The notes: generated from the sequence alone by a model not told the origin. Shown: positions 44,982-56,960, numbered from the stretch's first letter. The stretch: 64,000 bases of DNA from a virus (IMGVR_UViG_3300006149_000006:1-64000); one strand, 5' to 3'. Made by a program: numbers and translations.

Positions 44982-47900
44982 TTATTGCTTTACTTCTTTT
45001 ATTTCCGCTTTCAATTCGTCAATTTGATTCATTAGTTTCTGAATCATTGCTGTATTAAGTGATATTAACTCGCAATACCGAATTGAATATATTCCGTCAC
45101 CGCCATTTTCAGCGCTAGAATCATAATTCTGCTGTACTAAGGCAGCAAAATCTTGTTGCGTAAGATTACTTTCGTTCAGAGCGTCACGCATTTGCTGTGC
45201 TATAAATCCTGTATGGAATCTTCCGCTCATACCATCATTTCGATGATATCTTGCTGGTTTCAATTTACGATAAAATTCACTATAATGTTCTGCAACGTCA
45301 TATCTAATTGTATTTTTAATTCTTTCGTCAGATCCTTCATCAATGGCAACATCGGAATGTGTTCTGTTAGGCGCAACATAAAAGTTATTGTCATCTGCTG
45401 TCATACGACATGCACTGCTCGTCGCTGTCACATAAATTTCTTCAAACGGCCCATTCATTCTAATACCATAAGTTCTGCCAGAACCAGTCGAACCAGAATA
45501 AGTCGAAATGGAGCCAAATCCTTCAGTATCTTCCAATGTGACCAGACTAAGGTCTATAGTGCCAGTCGTGATATTATCACCATTAATTTCTGTTTTGCCA
45601 CTTCTCTCAAGATCACGAAAAGTGACAAATCCGTCAAAATCAAATCCGTCTACTGTTTGCTCCAATGAGGAGACCTTTCCATCAAGGCCCTTAATTTCTG
45701 TCCTAATACTTTTTGCAGTCTGTGTAATGCTAGAGGATAACCCACTTTCCACATCGTCAACACGAGAATTAATAGTACTTGCAGTTTGCGTTATTTGTGA
45801 GGAAAGATTGGCATTCAAGTTTGTAACTCTTGTGTTAATACTTTCAGCTGTTTGTGATATTTCAGATCGTAATCCACGTTCCTTGTCTTCAACAATGCTG
45901 GTAATGCCTTCAAGGTGTAAAAATTCCTCCTTAATTTTATTCCCTGAAAGCGCATCTTTCCCATCAATTAAAAATTTTTTTGCATTGATAGTGCCATTAA
46001 CATCAGCATTTTTCATACTCACATCACCATTCTTTTTTACCCAGAATGGTGCACTTGCAGGATTTTGCGCCCCCGCCCAAATCGCATACTCTGAATAAAC
46101 ACTATTCCCTCCATTTAGGGCTACATAATTATTTCCACTACCTGCATGAAGATAAGAAGATTCTATTGTAAACCCGCCGATTTGGCCAGAGGTTGCTATG
46201 AGTTTTCCTTTAAAATAAGCATTGCCTTTCATATCAAGCCAGAAATTTGCAACTGGCGTATCTCCTGCTGCCAAATTATTCAGAGATGTAATACTTCTAT
46301 TTCCAGTTGTGCGAACTCCTGTCGGCTGACCCTTTGAATTGTAGTAAAACAGAGTATTCTTATCAGCGCCACCAACAATACCAAAAACCGCACCCATATC
46401 GATCCGTCCGCCTGTGTTGCCATATAAATTAAACGATGCATTATGCAAAGATGCGCCCTCAGCATCAACTTTAAATACAGATATGCCGCCATCTTGTTTT
46501 GCACTTTCAATCACAAGATTTTCACCAGCCAAAATGGTTCCGACAATAGCTGGTGCAACAATACCATATATTGTCCCCAAGTTTTTATCAACAAATTCCC
46601 CAATTCCAATAACCCCTGTAACCCAGTTATCATTTGTGAACATCATTGCATTGTGCTGCAACCAAATCTGTTTAGAACTATATGTTCCCGTTGATGAATC
46701 AAATTTCCGACAACGCAATCCAGCCTGATCAATAGTGATTTCATTATCTGTGCCAGCAAGAATCATATTCTTCATAGCATCAATGGCAGATTCCATAAAT
46801 TCTTTAATACTAGTTTTTGCACCACTGTTTACAAAGTTACTATAGTTAAACTGGTTAAAATCTAACGTTTTGCTTGCCGAATTTGACTGGTCTAAATTGT
46901 CAAGTAAACTGAACTTTCCGTTCTTGATCTGAAAATCACTTGCAAATTCCAACTTAAAAGACGATAAGTCGTCAAACTCTATTGACACACCCGTTACCAA
47001 AGGTTCAAGTACACCCATGGTTAGATGAAGATAAATTCGTTTTCCTAACTCAAACTCTCTTGCAAACATAAGAAAATCATCAAATACTAGGAAATTTGAA
47101 CTATCAACTGTAAAATGATATACTGGCGAGGCCTTTTTATTAAGAACCTCTCTTCCATATTCATACAATTCCCATGCAATAGACATCCTTTGGTATTCAC
47201 TGACTTCATAAGTCATGTAGGCTGTTGTGGTTGATGTTTTAAACTGTAAAGATGTATCTGTAAAAGTCGCACCAGTAGATAATGTCCCCGTCAACGAAAG
47301 TGTACCGCTGGGAAACGTGTCTCCATTGACAGATCCTTCACTTAAATATAGTGACATTACAAATGTTTTGTCATTATTAACTTGTAAGGTTCCACTAACC
47401 ACATCTGCTTTCAATTTTAACGCAGAGCTATTTTCCTCAATTATACCGCCACGAACAGTATAAAATGTAATATCCCCGGCATAGGTCGTTTTCGTTACAG
47501 TATTACATCTTGTTAAATTAAAAATGGAAGAAAATTTACGCACTATTTTTGCATCGGTTGAATAACTGCCGGTACTATTTGCAACAAATGAGCTATCAGT
47601 TAAAGAACCACATTTAAAGTAGCGGTCTAAAAGAAGCAATTCGCTGTCAGAGAAAAATGATGAAAATGCTGTCGTATTATTGATTTGTTTCAGCTGATTT
47701 TTATAAGCATCAATTTCTGTTTTGATCTGTTTAAGTAAGTTTTTTTGTGCTTCAATCTCATTATTCTTTTCCTGGATTTGTGAATTTGTTGTATTTAACT
47801 GTGACTGCATCGTTTTGTCAATAGCCACTGCTTGAAGCAATGTTCCCTTCTTTGTCTCCAATCCGCTAAGTTCACCCTGTAAATCTCGCAATACAGCACT

Positions 47901-48812
47901 TTCAGTTTCATATCTTGAAATTTGCATATTCTGTGCAACAACCAGAGAATAATAAGTATTTTGATTGCTAATAAATGCATTTTTCCAGTTATTCCATTTG
48001 GTAATCATACTTGAAGAGAAATATTTTGTATTCATGTATGAATCGAGATTGTAAATTTTATTTATACCCATTGGATTTACAGCACGAATATCAACGCCAT
48101 CAGCACCATTCACATCTAATACCGTAAACAAATTATCAATGTCTTCTTCAATCTCAATTTCCTTTGCAAGATTGGAGGTCGAGATATACACTGGTTTTGT
48201 TGCAATAATGTCATAATTACTCTTAACATTAATTCTCCGATTATATGTATCAAAGTCAAATATACACTCGTATGTTTTTTCCAGTTCTGATTTCATAAAA
48301 TCATAAATAGATACATTATCTACACTAAACGTTCGATATTTACCAACCAGATTTGGTGAAACTGTTCCAACGCTCCATGACGGCATCTCGGACAAAATAA
48401 TGCCTAAAATTGTGCTCTCTGGTGTAAATGGATTCCAAAAATTATAAGTTCCTTCTTGCAAAGATAAACTCTTGTTGGTAAATTCATATTCGAGAGAGTA
48501 ACCAGAACACATCTTTATAATTTTTACACCATCTGTAGTTTCCTCTGGATTATGCAATGTGAATTGACCGATCCCGTCTACATCGATAATCCGCATACCC
48601 GTTAATAAATCATATTCGTTTAACCGTTCTCCATTCACATATGCTGGATACTCAAATTCGATTTTAGATATTTCATTGTAATATATATCTGCTTTAGGTC
48701 TTAAAACATGACCAAGTGCTCCGATTGCCTTTCCATCAAAGTTTCGTAAAATAAAGTTTGGCCTTTTACGCAAATCTGTCTTTGAAAAATCAATAACCAT
48801 TTTATAACTCAC
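44982..48812 (-). CDS. Tal/tail spike protein with C-terminal S74 intramolecular chaperone
   Basis: Baseplate-hub-like N-terminus, S.I.QTA repeats and SDERIK...LKP..Y...HTGFIAQ. Confidence 0.82.
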   Translation of the reverse strand: MSYKMVIDFSKTDLRKRPNFILRNFDGKAIGALGHVLRPKADIYYNEISKIEFEYPAYVNGERLNEYDLLTGMRIIDVDGIGQFTLHNPEETTDGVKIIKMCSGYSLEYEFTNKSLSLQEGTYNFWNPFTPESTILGIILSEMPSWSVGTVSPNLVGKYRTFSVDNVSIYDFMKSELEKTYECIFDFDTYNRRINVKSNYDIIATKPVYISTSNLAKEIEIEEDIDNLFTVLDVNGADGVDIRAVNPMGINKIYNLDSYMNTKYFSSSMITKWNNWKNAFISNQNTYYSLVVAQNMQISRYETESAVLRDLQGELSGLETKKGTLLQAVAIDKTMQSQLNTTNSQIQEKNNEIEAQKNLLKQIKTEIDAYKNQLKQINNTTAFSSFFSDSELLLLDRYFKCGSLTDSSFVANSTGSYSTDAKIVRKFSSIFNLTRCNTVTKTTYAGDITFYTVRGGIIEENSSALKLKADVVSGTLQVNNDKTFVMSLYLSEGSVNGDTFPSGTLSLTGTLSTGATFTDTSLQFKTSTTTAYMTYEVSEYQRMSIAWELYEYGREVLNKKASPVYHFTVDSSNFLVFDDFLMFAREFELGKRIYLHLTMGVLEPLVTGVSIEFDDLSSFKLEFASDFQIKNGKFSLLDNLDQSNSASKTLDFNQFNYSNFVNSGAKTSIKEFMESAIDAMKNMILAGTDNEITIDQAGLRCRKFDSSTGTYSSKQIWLQHNAMMFTNDNWVTGVIGIGEFVDKNLGTIYGIVAPAIVGTILAGENLVIESAKQDGGISVFKVDAEGASLHNASFNLYGNTGGRIDMGAVFGIVGGADKNTLFYYNSKGQPTGVRTTGNRSITSLNNLAAGDTPVANFWLDMKGNAYFKGKLIATSGQIGGFTIESSYLHAGSGNNYVALNGGNSVYSEYAIWAGAQNPASAPFWVKKNGDVSMKNADVNGTINAKKFLIDGKDALSGNKIKEEFLHLEGITSIVEDKERGLRSEISQTAESINTRVTNLNANLSSQITQTASTINSRVDDVESGLSSSITQTAKSIRTEIKGLDGKVSSLEQTVDGFDFDGFVTFRDLERSGKTEINGDNITTGTIDLSLVTLEDTEGFGSISTYSGSTGSGRTYGIRMNGPFEEIYVTATSSACRMTADDNNFYVAPNRTHSDVAIDEGSDERIKNTIRYDVAEHYSEFYRKLKPARYHRNDGMSGRFHTGFIAQQMRDALNESNLTQQDFAALVQQNYDSSAENGGDGIYSIRYCELISLNTAMIQKLMNQIDELKAEIKEVKQ

Positions 48813-48896
48813 CTCCTATTCTCCAGCCTAAATAATAAAAGAGGAAGTGCCTACACTCCCTCAAATGTCATATAGTTTAGTTCTCTGCCAGCTCAA

Positions 48897-51800
48897 TCAC
48901 CGTCTAAAACTTCGTTTACCCCTCAAAGCAAAAGCACTATCAATCTCTTTAATTGTGTAATCGCTTATAGTCCTCTTAAGCCCACGAATCTCAGCATCGT
49001 CCAATTTCTGTACTACCTGAACAGGAACATTGATTTCGTAAACATTTCCACCATTACGCTCAACAATATTTTGCGGCGGCTGCGCTAATTGAGAAATCTG
49101 CCCTTCCATTTGTCCGGTCAGTAGATTCGTGCCAGCAAGTTTCTCAAAGAAATTGCCATACTTATATAACAAAGTTTCTTCTTTGTCGAGAACTCGATAA
49201 AGATTATTTTGCTGTTTTTCAGTAAGAACCATTTCTCCTTTTTCAAGAGTGGCTTGAATCTCCTTCTGTTTCTGTGTCGGATGATCACCTGCGACCCCGC
49301 CGTTATGATAAATGTATTCCTTATACTTTTCAAACAACAATGATCCGTCGGCATCATACCATGCACCATTTTTACGGTATGCACGAATACCATACCTTGC
49401 CAAATCTTGAGTGCCGAGTTTCATATTAGCCTCATCCAGTCTGCTACGTTCGGCAGGGTCATTTGTTGCCGCCCAGGCCTGCGCATTTCTGTACATCTGC
49501 TTGAATATATTTTTTGCCTGTGCAAGCTCCTGCCCACCACTGGAATCGTAATTTCCCTTGTTCCCCACCGCATTAGGTGCGTTATTTTTTCCTGAGGATT
49601 CACCGGAATCGCCCGATGAATATGTGTAGGAAGAATTAGATCTTGCTTCATATTCTGCAATCTCCTTTTGCGTTGCAAGGATAGCATCAAGATAGGAACC
49701 ATACTTCTCAACTGCCTCACAAGCAGAATCCCAGGCATCAGAAATTTCTTGATTTATGACAGATCCATATTCCGTATTCCATGCAATGAGTTGATCATAA
49801 AGCGATCCCCATTGCGTCTGGATTCGTTCAATAGCCAGTCTGTATACCTTTTCCTCGGAAGAAATGCTGTTTTCCAGTATTTCGATTTCTTTATTTTTCT
49901 CTTTTTCGTAGGCAGTTAACATATCATCAAGCGCATCGCTTGTTGCATCATATGCATGATCTGCCTGCTCATCGGACAAGTCTTTTGATAATTCTGCAAT
50001 CTCTTCGCGCAGTTTCTCTTGTTTTGCTTTGGATTCGCGACTATCGTCCAACTCCTGCAAAGTAAGCTGTTGCTGAAGTTTTGCTAAACTTTTTGTCTTT
50101 TCTGCTACAGATTGTGAGTATTTATCCTTTTCGCGTTCCATATCCAGAGACTTCTTTTGTGCATCAATCAAATCTCGCATTGCGTCAACTTGTTTGTTAA
50201 TAGCATCAATTTGATTTTTAACTTCTTGCCGGATCATTTCCATGACATATTTCAGCAAGTCATCCAATGCATCAGACTGCTTTTTTGCATACTCATACGA
50301 CTCTTTCCGAGCAGCCTCAAGTGCCCCATCGACTTGACCAATGCTTTCAACAGCTATATCAGCCAGAGATCGCAGATTGTTAATGTTATTTAGATAGCTA
50401 TTGTACAAATCATCCGTCATCTTATCTGAAACCTTAAGCATATTTAACTGTGCATAAACCAAGTCCCACGTAGAATCAGACGCGATATTTGTCGCTGTCG
50501 CAAGATTCATTAATGCCTGCGTATCATTATCCAGCAAAGCCTGACGAATCTGTTGAATATAGTTAAGGGCCGTCTCTATCGCCATCTGCTGGGTACGGGC
50601 GGCAATAACCTTCTGGATATTTTCTTCATTGATGACAAGCAAACCATTTTCATCCTGTAAATACGACAGATTTTCAACACCAAGCCTTGCAATTTCCTGG
50701 AATGTTGACACCTTAATATAGCCATTGTCAGCAAACTCCTGTGCGGCATTATGTAACGTATCATACACATTTTCGATTTCATCCAGTGCACCATGCATGT
50801 TATCTAAAATCTCCTGCCATGCTTTAGCAGATACTTCTTTAATTTCGTTATAATACTGCCACCACTGGTCTGAAAGTGTACTCACTTCCTCGCTTGTGTT
50901 AGAATATCCGAGTGATCGATAATACTCTGCCTGTGCGTGAAGCTCGTCCTGCATAGCCTTATACTGTGCAACGATTTCACCTGTATATTTCGTAACGCCT
51001 GCACGGTCATTTTTAGTGATAGCTCCTTCAAGCCAATCCTCATTTAACGTAATCGTATTTTCGTGTTCCTTGCGGATATACTCATAGCACGAAGTCATTA
51101 CGTCCTGAACATTTTCCTTATATTCCCACCATTGCTTCTGCAGCTCTTTGATTTCATCTGAATTATCGGCGAGACCCATTTCACGGTAAGTATTTGCCTG
51201 TTTATTTACCGCACTTTGCATTTGATGATAAATATCTATGATTTGCCGGGCGGTTTTAGTCGCTCTATCAGCCGCCGATTCTGTCGCATTAGAAACGCCT
51301 TTCTTCTCAAGAATGAAAATTTTATGCTCGAAATCACTTAGCAGTTTATCAAGTTCTTTTTTTAGTTTCTCTGTCGGATCTTCTGATTTGGAGCTGCTGC
51401 CGCTTCCACCGCTGCTGCCGCCACCGATATTTTTTATTTTTGAAAAATCAAACTCAATTTTTTCAGACTTTTCTTTTTGATTTTTCTTTGCAGCTTTTTT
51501 CTCATAAGCACGAATACCACCTAACCCCACTGTGCTTTTTTCCGGGTTATATGTGTCGTGATCATATGCTAATGCGGCCATTGAGGATTTAAGGGCAGCA
51601 AGGCTTGAAGCTGCAACACCAGCTGCGTTTGCTTGACTCAACAGTGCGCTAACTGTGCTTGAACTTGCTGTTGCTAAATTAGTTGCGGACAAAGCTGCTG
51701 CCAGTTGCTCTATTCTATACTGTCTTAGCGCTTCTTGGGTGGATTTAGAAACTCCTTCTTGTTCTAAGAATTTCTGCGTTTCCTCCCAAGTAGCCTGTGA

Positions 51801-54800
51801 AAGCCCATTTGCTGCAACAACAGCATTCAGCTTTTCGGCACTCAGCCGAGACAGAACAACGCCATGAGCGTTAACAACACCCATTTGACTCAAGAATGAT
51901 TCTACAACATCCATATTACTTTCATTCAGACTGTCAAGAATACTCATAGAATCAATATATTCGCCTGCTAATTTACTCCATGCTATTTGTGCCTCCTCTA
52001 CGGAGGATGAAGAGTCCGTCATGACCTTAATAAAATCATCAAACGAATCAAGATTGCCAAATGTTTCTGCAAGTTCACTTAATGATGCAGCAGATACAGA
52101 ACCATTTTCGCTGAATTCACTCATTACATCGGACAATCCACTGATATCTTTCTCTGCGTCTGCCAATGTGGAGATTGTATCCGTTAGCGAGGACATTTCA
52201 CTTTCTGTATTATGCGCAATCGACGCATTATCTGACTGGACATATCCTAATTCCTCAAGTATATCGATCAAATCTTCTACAGAGCCGCCATACTCCTCTG
52301 CGGCAGCTTGCAGATCCATATATGCACGTTCCTCGGCATTAGAAACAGTTGCCCTACCACTATTTTCAAAGTTATATTTCGTCTCCAAGAAAACAGTCTT
52401 ATCAAATTTCCCGCTCTCATCCTGAAACTGTCTGACCGCATTTTTAACCATTTTCCCAACAGAATCTTTACCATCGGATAGTTTTGCTTTAATGTCAATT
52501 TCAAACGCAGTTTTCTTCGCTTTTTCATTGAATGCTTCAATTACATCATTTAAGTAATTTACAATATCTTCATCCTTGATTTCAGCAATTTTAGGAACAA
52601 TACCCTGCATATTTTCATATGCTTGTTCTGCGGAATCCTTATTGCTTTCCGCGATTGCGTTTGCATATTCATCTTGGAACTTCTTGATTTGCGCCATGAG
52701 ATTTGCAGCATTATTCTTATCGTCTGGATCAAAAGATGCTTGGATTTTTAGCTGAATCATGTTATTATAATTATCAGAAAATTCGTCAAGAATCTCTTGC
52801 GCCTGCTTCTTGGCAGCTGTAACTGCATTTTCCCAGCTCTGGTCAAATGAATCAAGACCAAGAACCTTGTTCAAACTGCGCCCGTCACGAGAAAGTTCTT
52901 TGTCAAGATTGTACATCTGATGATTAACCTCTGCTAATCCGTCGACAGCTGCCCGGGCATCTACTTCAAGTTCATACGCAATACGTCCATCTCCAAGTTC
53001 TTTGAAATGAACATTATTACCGAATACCGATTCAAAGATTTGCTGAACCTGCTTGTAGATTTCTTTGTTTTCTGGAAGATTGATAAAATTGTCATTGGCA
53101 ATCGTATTATCCATCCCACTACCAAGGTTTTTACGAATCTTTTTCATTTCACTCGCGGCAGTATCAAACGTGTCCTTATTTTCGCCCAACAGATTTATTG
53201 CTTGTTTAGCCGAATAATGATCAAATGCAGAATTTACATCATCTAAACTGCCTTTGAGGATGTCAAACGCCTTTGCTTCATTACCAATTCTATCAACAAC
53301 CTCATCCTGAATTGATATAAGCTGCTTTCTCTTTTCATATGCTTCCTCTTCGGATAGATTACCAGAATCAATCTCTTCACGAAGTTCTGCAATTTTGGTT
53401 TTGTACTCTTCAAGCGATTTACCGGCTTCTAAATAAGACTGAGACGCATCCTTTGCTGCTTGCTGAGCTTCGCGAGTGGCTTCCTTACTATGTTTTCGCC
53501 ATTGTGTGATTGCTACTAAACCAGCTAAAAGAGCGGATGCAATAGAAATGATTGGATGTGCTTTCATTACGGCCCATAAGCCCTTGAGCGCAGCAGACAA
53601 ACCACCCGTAGCTACTGTCGCCGTTCCCTCTGCGGATGCAAAACTAATTCCAACAACAGCTGCTTCTGCCTGTTCTCTCGTGAAATTTTCTGTTACAAGA
53701 GCCGCAATCGTAGCTTCCTTTGAATAGCCAAGAAGTGCTAACTGTTCTGCAATGACGGCTTTTGTTGTCCCCGCAGAACTTAAGGCTGTTGCAATTTGAG
53801 ACGCATTCAGTTTACTTGAATTAATAGCTGCTGCAATTTGTGTTTTAGACATTCCATCTAAAGCTCTTTCCAAGGAGGAAACAGCTATCACACTTTCGCC
53901 CAAAGTCCTTGACAAATTAGCCGCGGATTTAAGTGAACCCAAGTTCTTTACAAATGCTGCAATACCAATACTGGCTATTGCAGTTCCAAGAGGGCCAAGT
54001 GCAGATGTAATAGTCTCAATAATTTCTAAAATTCCGGTAAGAGTATCAACTGCAACCGCAATATCTTCTCTCGGAAACATATTTTGAATAATTCCGACGC
54101 CTGTTTCCGAAAGTGCATTCAACTTATATTCAAGTGATTCAGTGATAATCGCCATCTCTGCATCAGCACTTCCAGCACTATCAGCCATATTCGCCATGGC
54201 CTTTTCAGCGGCCTCAAAATTCTGAAGTATCGCTTGCCCAACGTTTGCCCTATTTTTGCCAAACAGTTTTTCCATCAAGGCTTGCTGCTGTTTTTCACTA
54301 AGTTTATCATAAATTTCTGAGATTTCTTTCAAATAGTTATAAACAGATTTATAATGCTGCTGTGTCTCATCTGTGAACAACGAAACACCTTGCGCATCTT
54401 CTGTAACCTTGGTCAAATCATAGACTTCACCCGATATATTCGCAAGTTCTTCCGAAAGCTCGCCTGTATCCTCTGAGTACCCTCGCACGCGCATGGACAC
54501 ACTACGAATGGCATTACCTACCTGTGAATCGTTTTGAACGATTTCCTGAGCAGCCGTGAACAAAGCAATATTTTCGTCAAGTGTAGAATTCATTGCGGCC
54601 ATCGCTGATGCAGATTTTTGCAACCCAGTTATAATCTGATCATTGGATGTTGCTGCCGTATTGCCAATTTTATTGATCTTTGACATTACGCCATCAAGAA
54701 CGTCATCAACTTCAATTCCATATGCCTTGATTACACTGACCAACCCAGTTGTGGCTTGCTCAATATCAACACCGGGCGATATTGCAGAGAATTGAGCGGC

Positions 54801-56960
54801 TAACTTCGCCATAGATTCTGAACTCTTTTTGTCGCTAAATCCAAGACGGCTCCAGTCTGATGCAGACTGTATAATTTCCTTCGTCGTCAAGCCAAGCTCT
54901 CTCGCTGCCTTGTTTGCATCTTTATAAAAAGCCGTTAAATCCGACCCTGACATAGTAGTTGTTTTTTTCAGATCGACTAGTGCTGTATCCAACTCTACGA
55001 TCGTATTGGTTGCTTGCTTAACAGCCTGAATAACTTTACGGATTACCATTACGCCACTTGTCAGACCAAGGAGCTGTTTTGCTGTATTCTTTAACGAATC
55101 AGCGAAAAGATTAGTTGACAGTCCAGCAGCTTTCGCCTGAGATTTAATTTCACCAAATTGAAGTGTAAGATTGCGCAAATCAGAACTGCTTAAACTGCCG
55201 CTTTGCAGCTTTGACATTAGCTTCTGAAGCTCTGCACCAAACCTCTGAGTTGCCTGCTGGTTCAGATTCATCCAAGCCTGAATATTATTTGACAATGTTC
55301 TCGCTCTTGTTTGAATCTGATCCGTTTGAATGGCAGTGGACTCTAATGCCGAAAAATTAGCCAAACCCGTTTGACAGTTTTTGATAGCTTCTTTCAGCTG
55401 ATTATATGCAGAAATCTTCCTTTGCGCAGTATCCGCATTATTAACAGCATCCATCAGCGTTTTAAGTTGCGCTATCTGCTCGCCTAATTCTTGAGGCTTA
55501 TTTTTCAGATTATTAAATGAGTTTCCTATTCGCTCAACAGTCTGTGGAATGTTTTTCATCGCTGCATCGATTGTATTTGCCTTATCTGCGACCTCAGCTT
55601 CCGCAGTAGCTAATCTGGCGGCAAGTGATTCAGTTTGCTGTTCATATATCTGTCGCTGTTGAGATAGATTTATAATTTCTCCATAAGACACAATTTGAGC
55701 ATTGATTTGCTCGAACTGTTTTTGATATATGCTTAATTCCTGTTGCAGTGAAGTAATCTTATTAGCATCTTTTGCCGGATCAAGAGATACTATCTTTTTC
55801 TGAAGCTCATTTATTTTAGTAGCCACTTGTCCCAATTCTGCATAAAGACTATTTACATTTCTGATTTTCTCTTGTAATGCCGTTACATTACTTTGTAATC
55901 CATCAAAACTGTTTAGATAAGATGTTAGGCTTGCAGAATCAAATGCACTTCCCAGTTCCGAATGTAGATTTGCAATCTTTTGTTGAAACTCCTGTGTAAG
56001 AAGTCCCGATGCTCGAAGTTTTTCCTCATAAGCATTTAGTTTATCCAGCTGTTCACGGTTAATCGTAGAAACATCTTTTGTTCGCAATGAAGTCGCGACA
56101 TATTCGATATTCTGATATGATTGTGCCATCCGCTGCAACGAGACAATTTGCGATTCAATATCGGCTTTTTGCGTCTTACTTAAGTTTCCAGACGTCTCAG
56201 TGAATGATTTAAATTTATCTTGAATCTCAATGTATTTATTATTTAAGGCCTCAAGATGAATCGGATCTAAAATCCCCTTTGAAGAAGTCTCACCTTTATA
56301 CTTTGATTGGATATTGTCAAGTATAGACTGCTGTTTCGTCAAATAAGAAAGCCTTTTATCATTATCCAATTCAGCCTGCTTTGTCAGGCGTTCGTGTTCT
56401 TCCCGTTGCTTCTGGACATTTAATGTAATGCTCCTCTGAGTGCTCTCAATTTGCTGACCTTCCATGTCGTACATTTCAAGCAGGGATACCGTGCGCTGAT
56501 ACTGATCTGTTCCTTGAATCGAAAGGCTTAACGCCCGTTCTTCTGAACCGGCAACTTCAACCCATTTACCTTGAATCTTATCAACCCGAATGCCGATATC
56601 ATCTAAATGTCTCAAAAACGTGTCTTTAATCTGAGGATCTACCTTGAGCCGGTTTAATTCAGCCTGTACGGAAGCAATAGAGTTTGGTTCAATACCAACC
56701 CGCATATTAAGAGGCTGTTGCGGAACCACCCTGCTAACATCAGGTGTATCTGTACGGAGTTGAATTTTCGCTGGGTTTGTCTGGATTTGTGTTATTAACT
56801 GATCTACTGATCTTAAAATATCTGTATTTTCTATCTTTGCTTTTAATATAACCTCTTTGTTTCCAATTCCTTTTAATACAGTTTGCAGGTCTTTGGATAT
56901 TTGCGCTGTTGTTTGTGCTATATCCAGTCCTAATACAATAGAACCATCTACATCAGCCAT
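48897..56960 (-). CDS. Tape measure protein
   Basis: 2687 aa, helical and Ala-rich, TP901-type core, hydrophobic segment, YH.GG near the end. Confidence 0.93.
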   Translation of the reverse strand: MADVDGSIVLGLDIAQTTAQISKDLQTVLKGIGNKEVILKAKIENTDILRSVDQLITQIQTNPAKIQLRTDTPDVSRVVPQQPLNMRVGIEPNSIASVQAELNRLKVDPQIKDTFLRHLDDIGIRVDKIQGKWVEVAGSEERALSLSIQGTDQYQRTVSLLEMYDMEGQQIESTQRSITLNVQKQREEHERLTKQAELDNDKRLSYLTKQQSILDNIQSKYKGETSSKGILDPIHLEALNNKYIEIQDKFKSFTETSGNLSKTQKADIESQIVSLQRMAQSYQNIEYVATSLRTKDVSTINREQLDKLNAYEEKLRASGLLTQEFQQKIANLHSELGSAFDSASLTSYLNSFDGLQSNVTALQEKIRNVNSLYAELGQVATKINELQKKIVSLDPAKDANKITSLQQELSIYQKQFEQINAQIVSYGEIINLSQQRQIYEQQTESLAARLATAEAEVADKANTIDAAMKNIPQTVERIGNSFNNLKNKPQELGEQIAQLKTLMDAVNNADTAQRKISAYNQLKEAIKNCQTGLANFSALESTAIQTDQIQTRARTLSNNIQAWMNLNQQATQRFGAELQKLMSKLQSGSLSSSDLRNLTLQFGEIKSQAKAAGLSTNLFADSLKNTAKQLLGLTSGVMVIRKVIQAVKQATNTIVELDTALVDLKKTTTMSGSDLTAFYKDANKAARELGLTTKEIIQSASDWSRLGFSDKKSSESMAKLAAQFSAISPGVDIEQATTGLVSVIKAYGIEVDDVLDGVMSKINKIGNTAATSNDQIITGLQKSASAMAAMNSTLDENIALFTAAQEIVQNDSQVGNAIRSVSMRVRGYSEDTGELSEELANISGEVYDLTKVTEDAQGVSLFTDETQQHYKSVYNYLKEISEIYDKLSEKQQQALMEKLFGKNRANVGQAILQNFEAAEKAMANMADSAGSADAEMAIITESLEYKLNALSETGVGIIQNMFPREDIAVAVDTLTGILEIIETITSALGPLGTAIASIGIAAFVKNLGSLKSAANLSRTLGESVIAVSSLERALDGMSKTQIAAAINSSKLNASQIATALSSAGTTKAVIAEQLALLGYSKEATIAALVTENFTREQAEAAVVGISFASAEGTATVATGGLSAALKGLWAVMKAHPIISIASALLAGLVAITQWRKHSKEATREAQQAAKDASQSYLEAGKSLEEYKTKIAELREEIDSGNLSEEEAYEKRKQLISIQDEVVDRIGNEAKAFDILKGSLDDVNSAFDHYSAKQAINLLGENKDTFDTAASEMKKIRKNLGSGMDNTIANDNFINLPENKEIYKQVQQIFESVFGNNVHFKELGDGRIAYELEVDARAAVDGLAEVNHQMYNLDKELSRDGRSLNKVLGLDSFDQSWENAVTAAKKQAQEILDEFSDNYNNMIQLKIQASFDPDDKNNAANLMAQIKKFQDEYANAIAESNKDSAEQAYENMQGIVPKIAEIKDEDIVNYLNDVIEAFNEKAKKTAFEIDIKAKLSDGKDSVGKMVKNAVRQFQDESGKFDKTVFLETKYNFENSGRATVSNAEERAYMDLQAAAEEYGGSVEDLIDILEELGYVQSDNASIAHNTESEMSSLTDTISTLADAEKDISGLSDVMSEFSENGSVSAASLSELAETFGNLDSFDDFIKVMTDSSSSVEEAQIAWSKLAGEYIDSMSILDSLNESNMDVVESFLSQMGVVNAHGVVLSRLSAEKLNAVVAANGLSQATWEETQKFLEQEGVSKSTQEALRQYRIEQLAAALSATNLATASSSTVSALLSQANAAGVAASSLAALKSSMAALAYDHDTYNPEKSTVGLGGIRAYEKKAAKKNQKEKSEKIEFDFSKIKNIGGGSSGGSGSSSKSEDPTEKLKKELDKLLSDFEHKIFILEKKGVSNATESAADRATKTARQIIDIYHQMQSAVNKQANTYREMGLADNSDEIKELQKQWWEYKENVQDVMTSCYEYIRKEHENTITLNEDWLEGAITKNDRAGVTKYTGEIVAQYKAMQDELHAQAEYYRSLGYSNTSEEVSTLSDQWWQYYNEIKEVSAKAWQEILDNMHGALDEIENVYDTLHNAAQEFADNGYIKVSTFQEIARLGVENLSYLQDENGLLVINEENIQKVIAARTQQMAIETALNYIQQIRQALLDNDTQALMNLATATNIASDSTWDLVYAQLNMLKVSDKMTDDLYNSYLNNINNLRSLADIAVESIGQVDGALEAARKESYEYAKKQSDALDDLLKYVMEMIRQEVKNQIDAINKQVDAMRDLIDAQKKSLDMEREKDKYSQSVAEKTKSLAKLQQQLTLQELDDSRESKAKQEKLREEIAELSKDLSDEQADHAYDATSDALDDMLTAYEKEKNKEIEILENSISSEEKVYRLAIERIQTQWGSLYDQLIAWNTEYGSVINQEISDAWDSACEAVEKYGSYLDAILATQKEIAEYEARSNSSYTYSSGDSGESSGKNNAPNAVGNKGNYDSSGGQELAQAKNIFKQMYRNAQAWAATNDPAERSRLDEANMKLGTQDLARYGIRAYRKNGAWYDADGSLLFEKYKEYIYHNGGVAGDHPTQKQKEIQATLEKGEMVLTEKQQNNLYRVLDKEETLLYKYGNFFEKLAGTNLLTGQMEGQISQLAQPPQNIVERNGGNVYEINVPVQVVQKLDDAEIRGLKRTISDYTIKEIDSAFALRGKRSFRR

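Noticed and set aside
45153-53727. + strand ORFs overlapping the Tal and TMP genes (and similar antisense ORFs elsewhere)
   Set aside because: Shadow frames of long genes, without RBS or recognisable motifs
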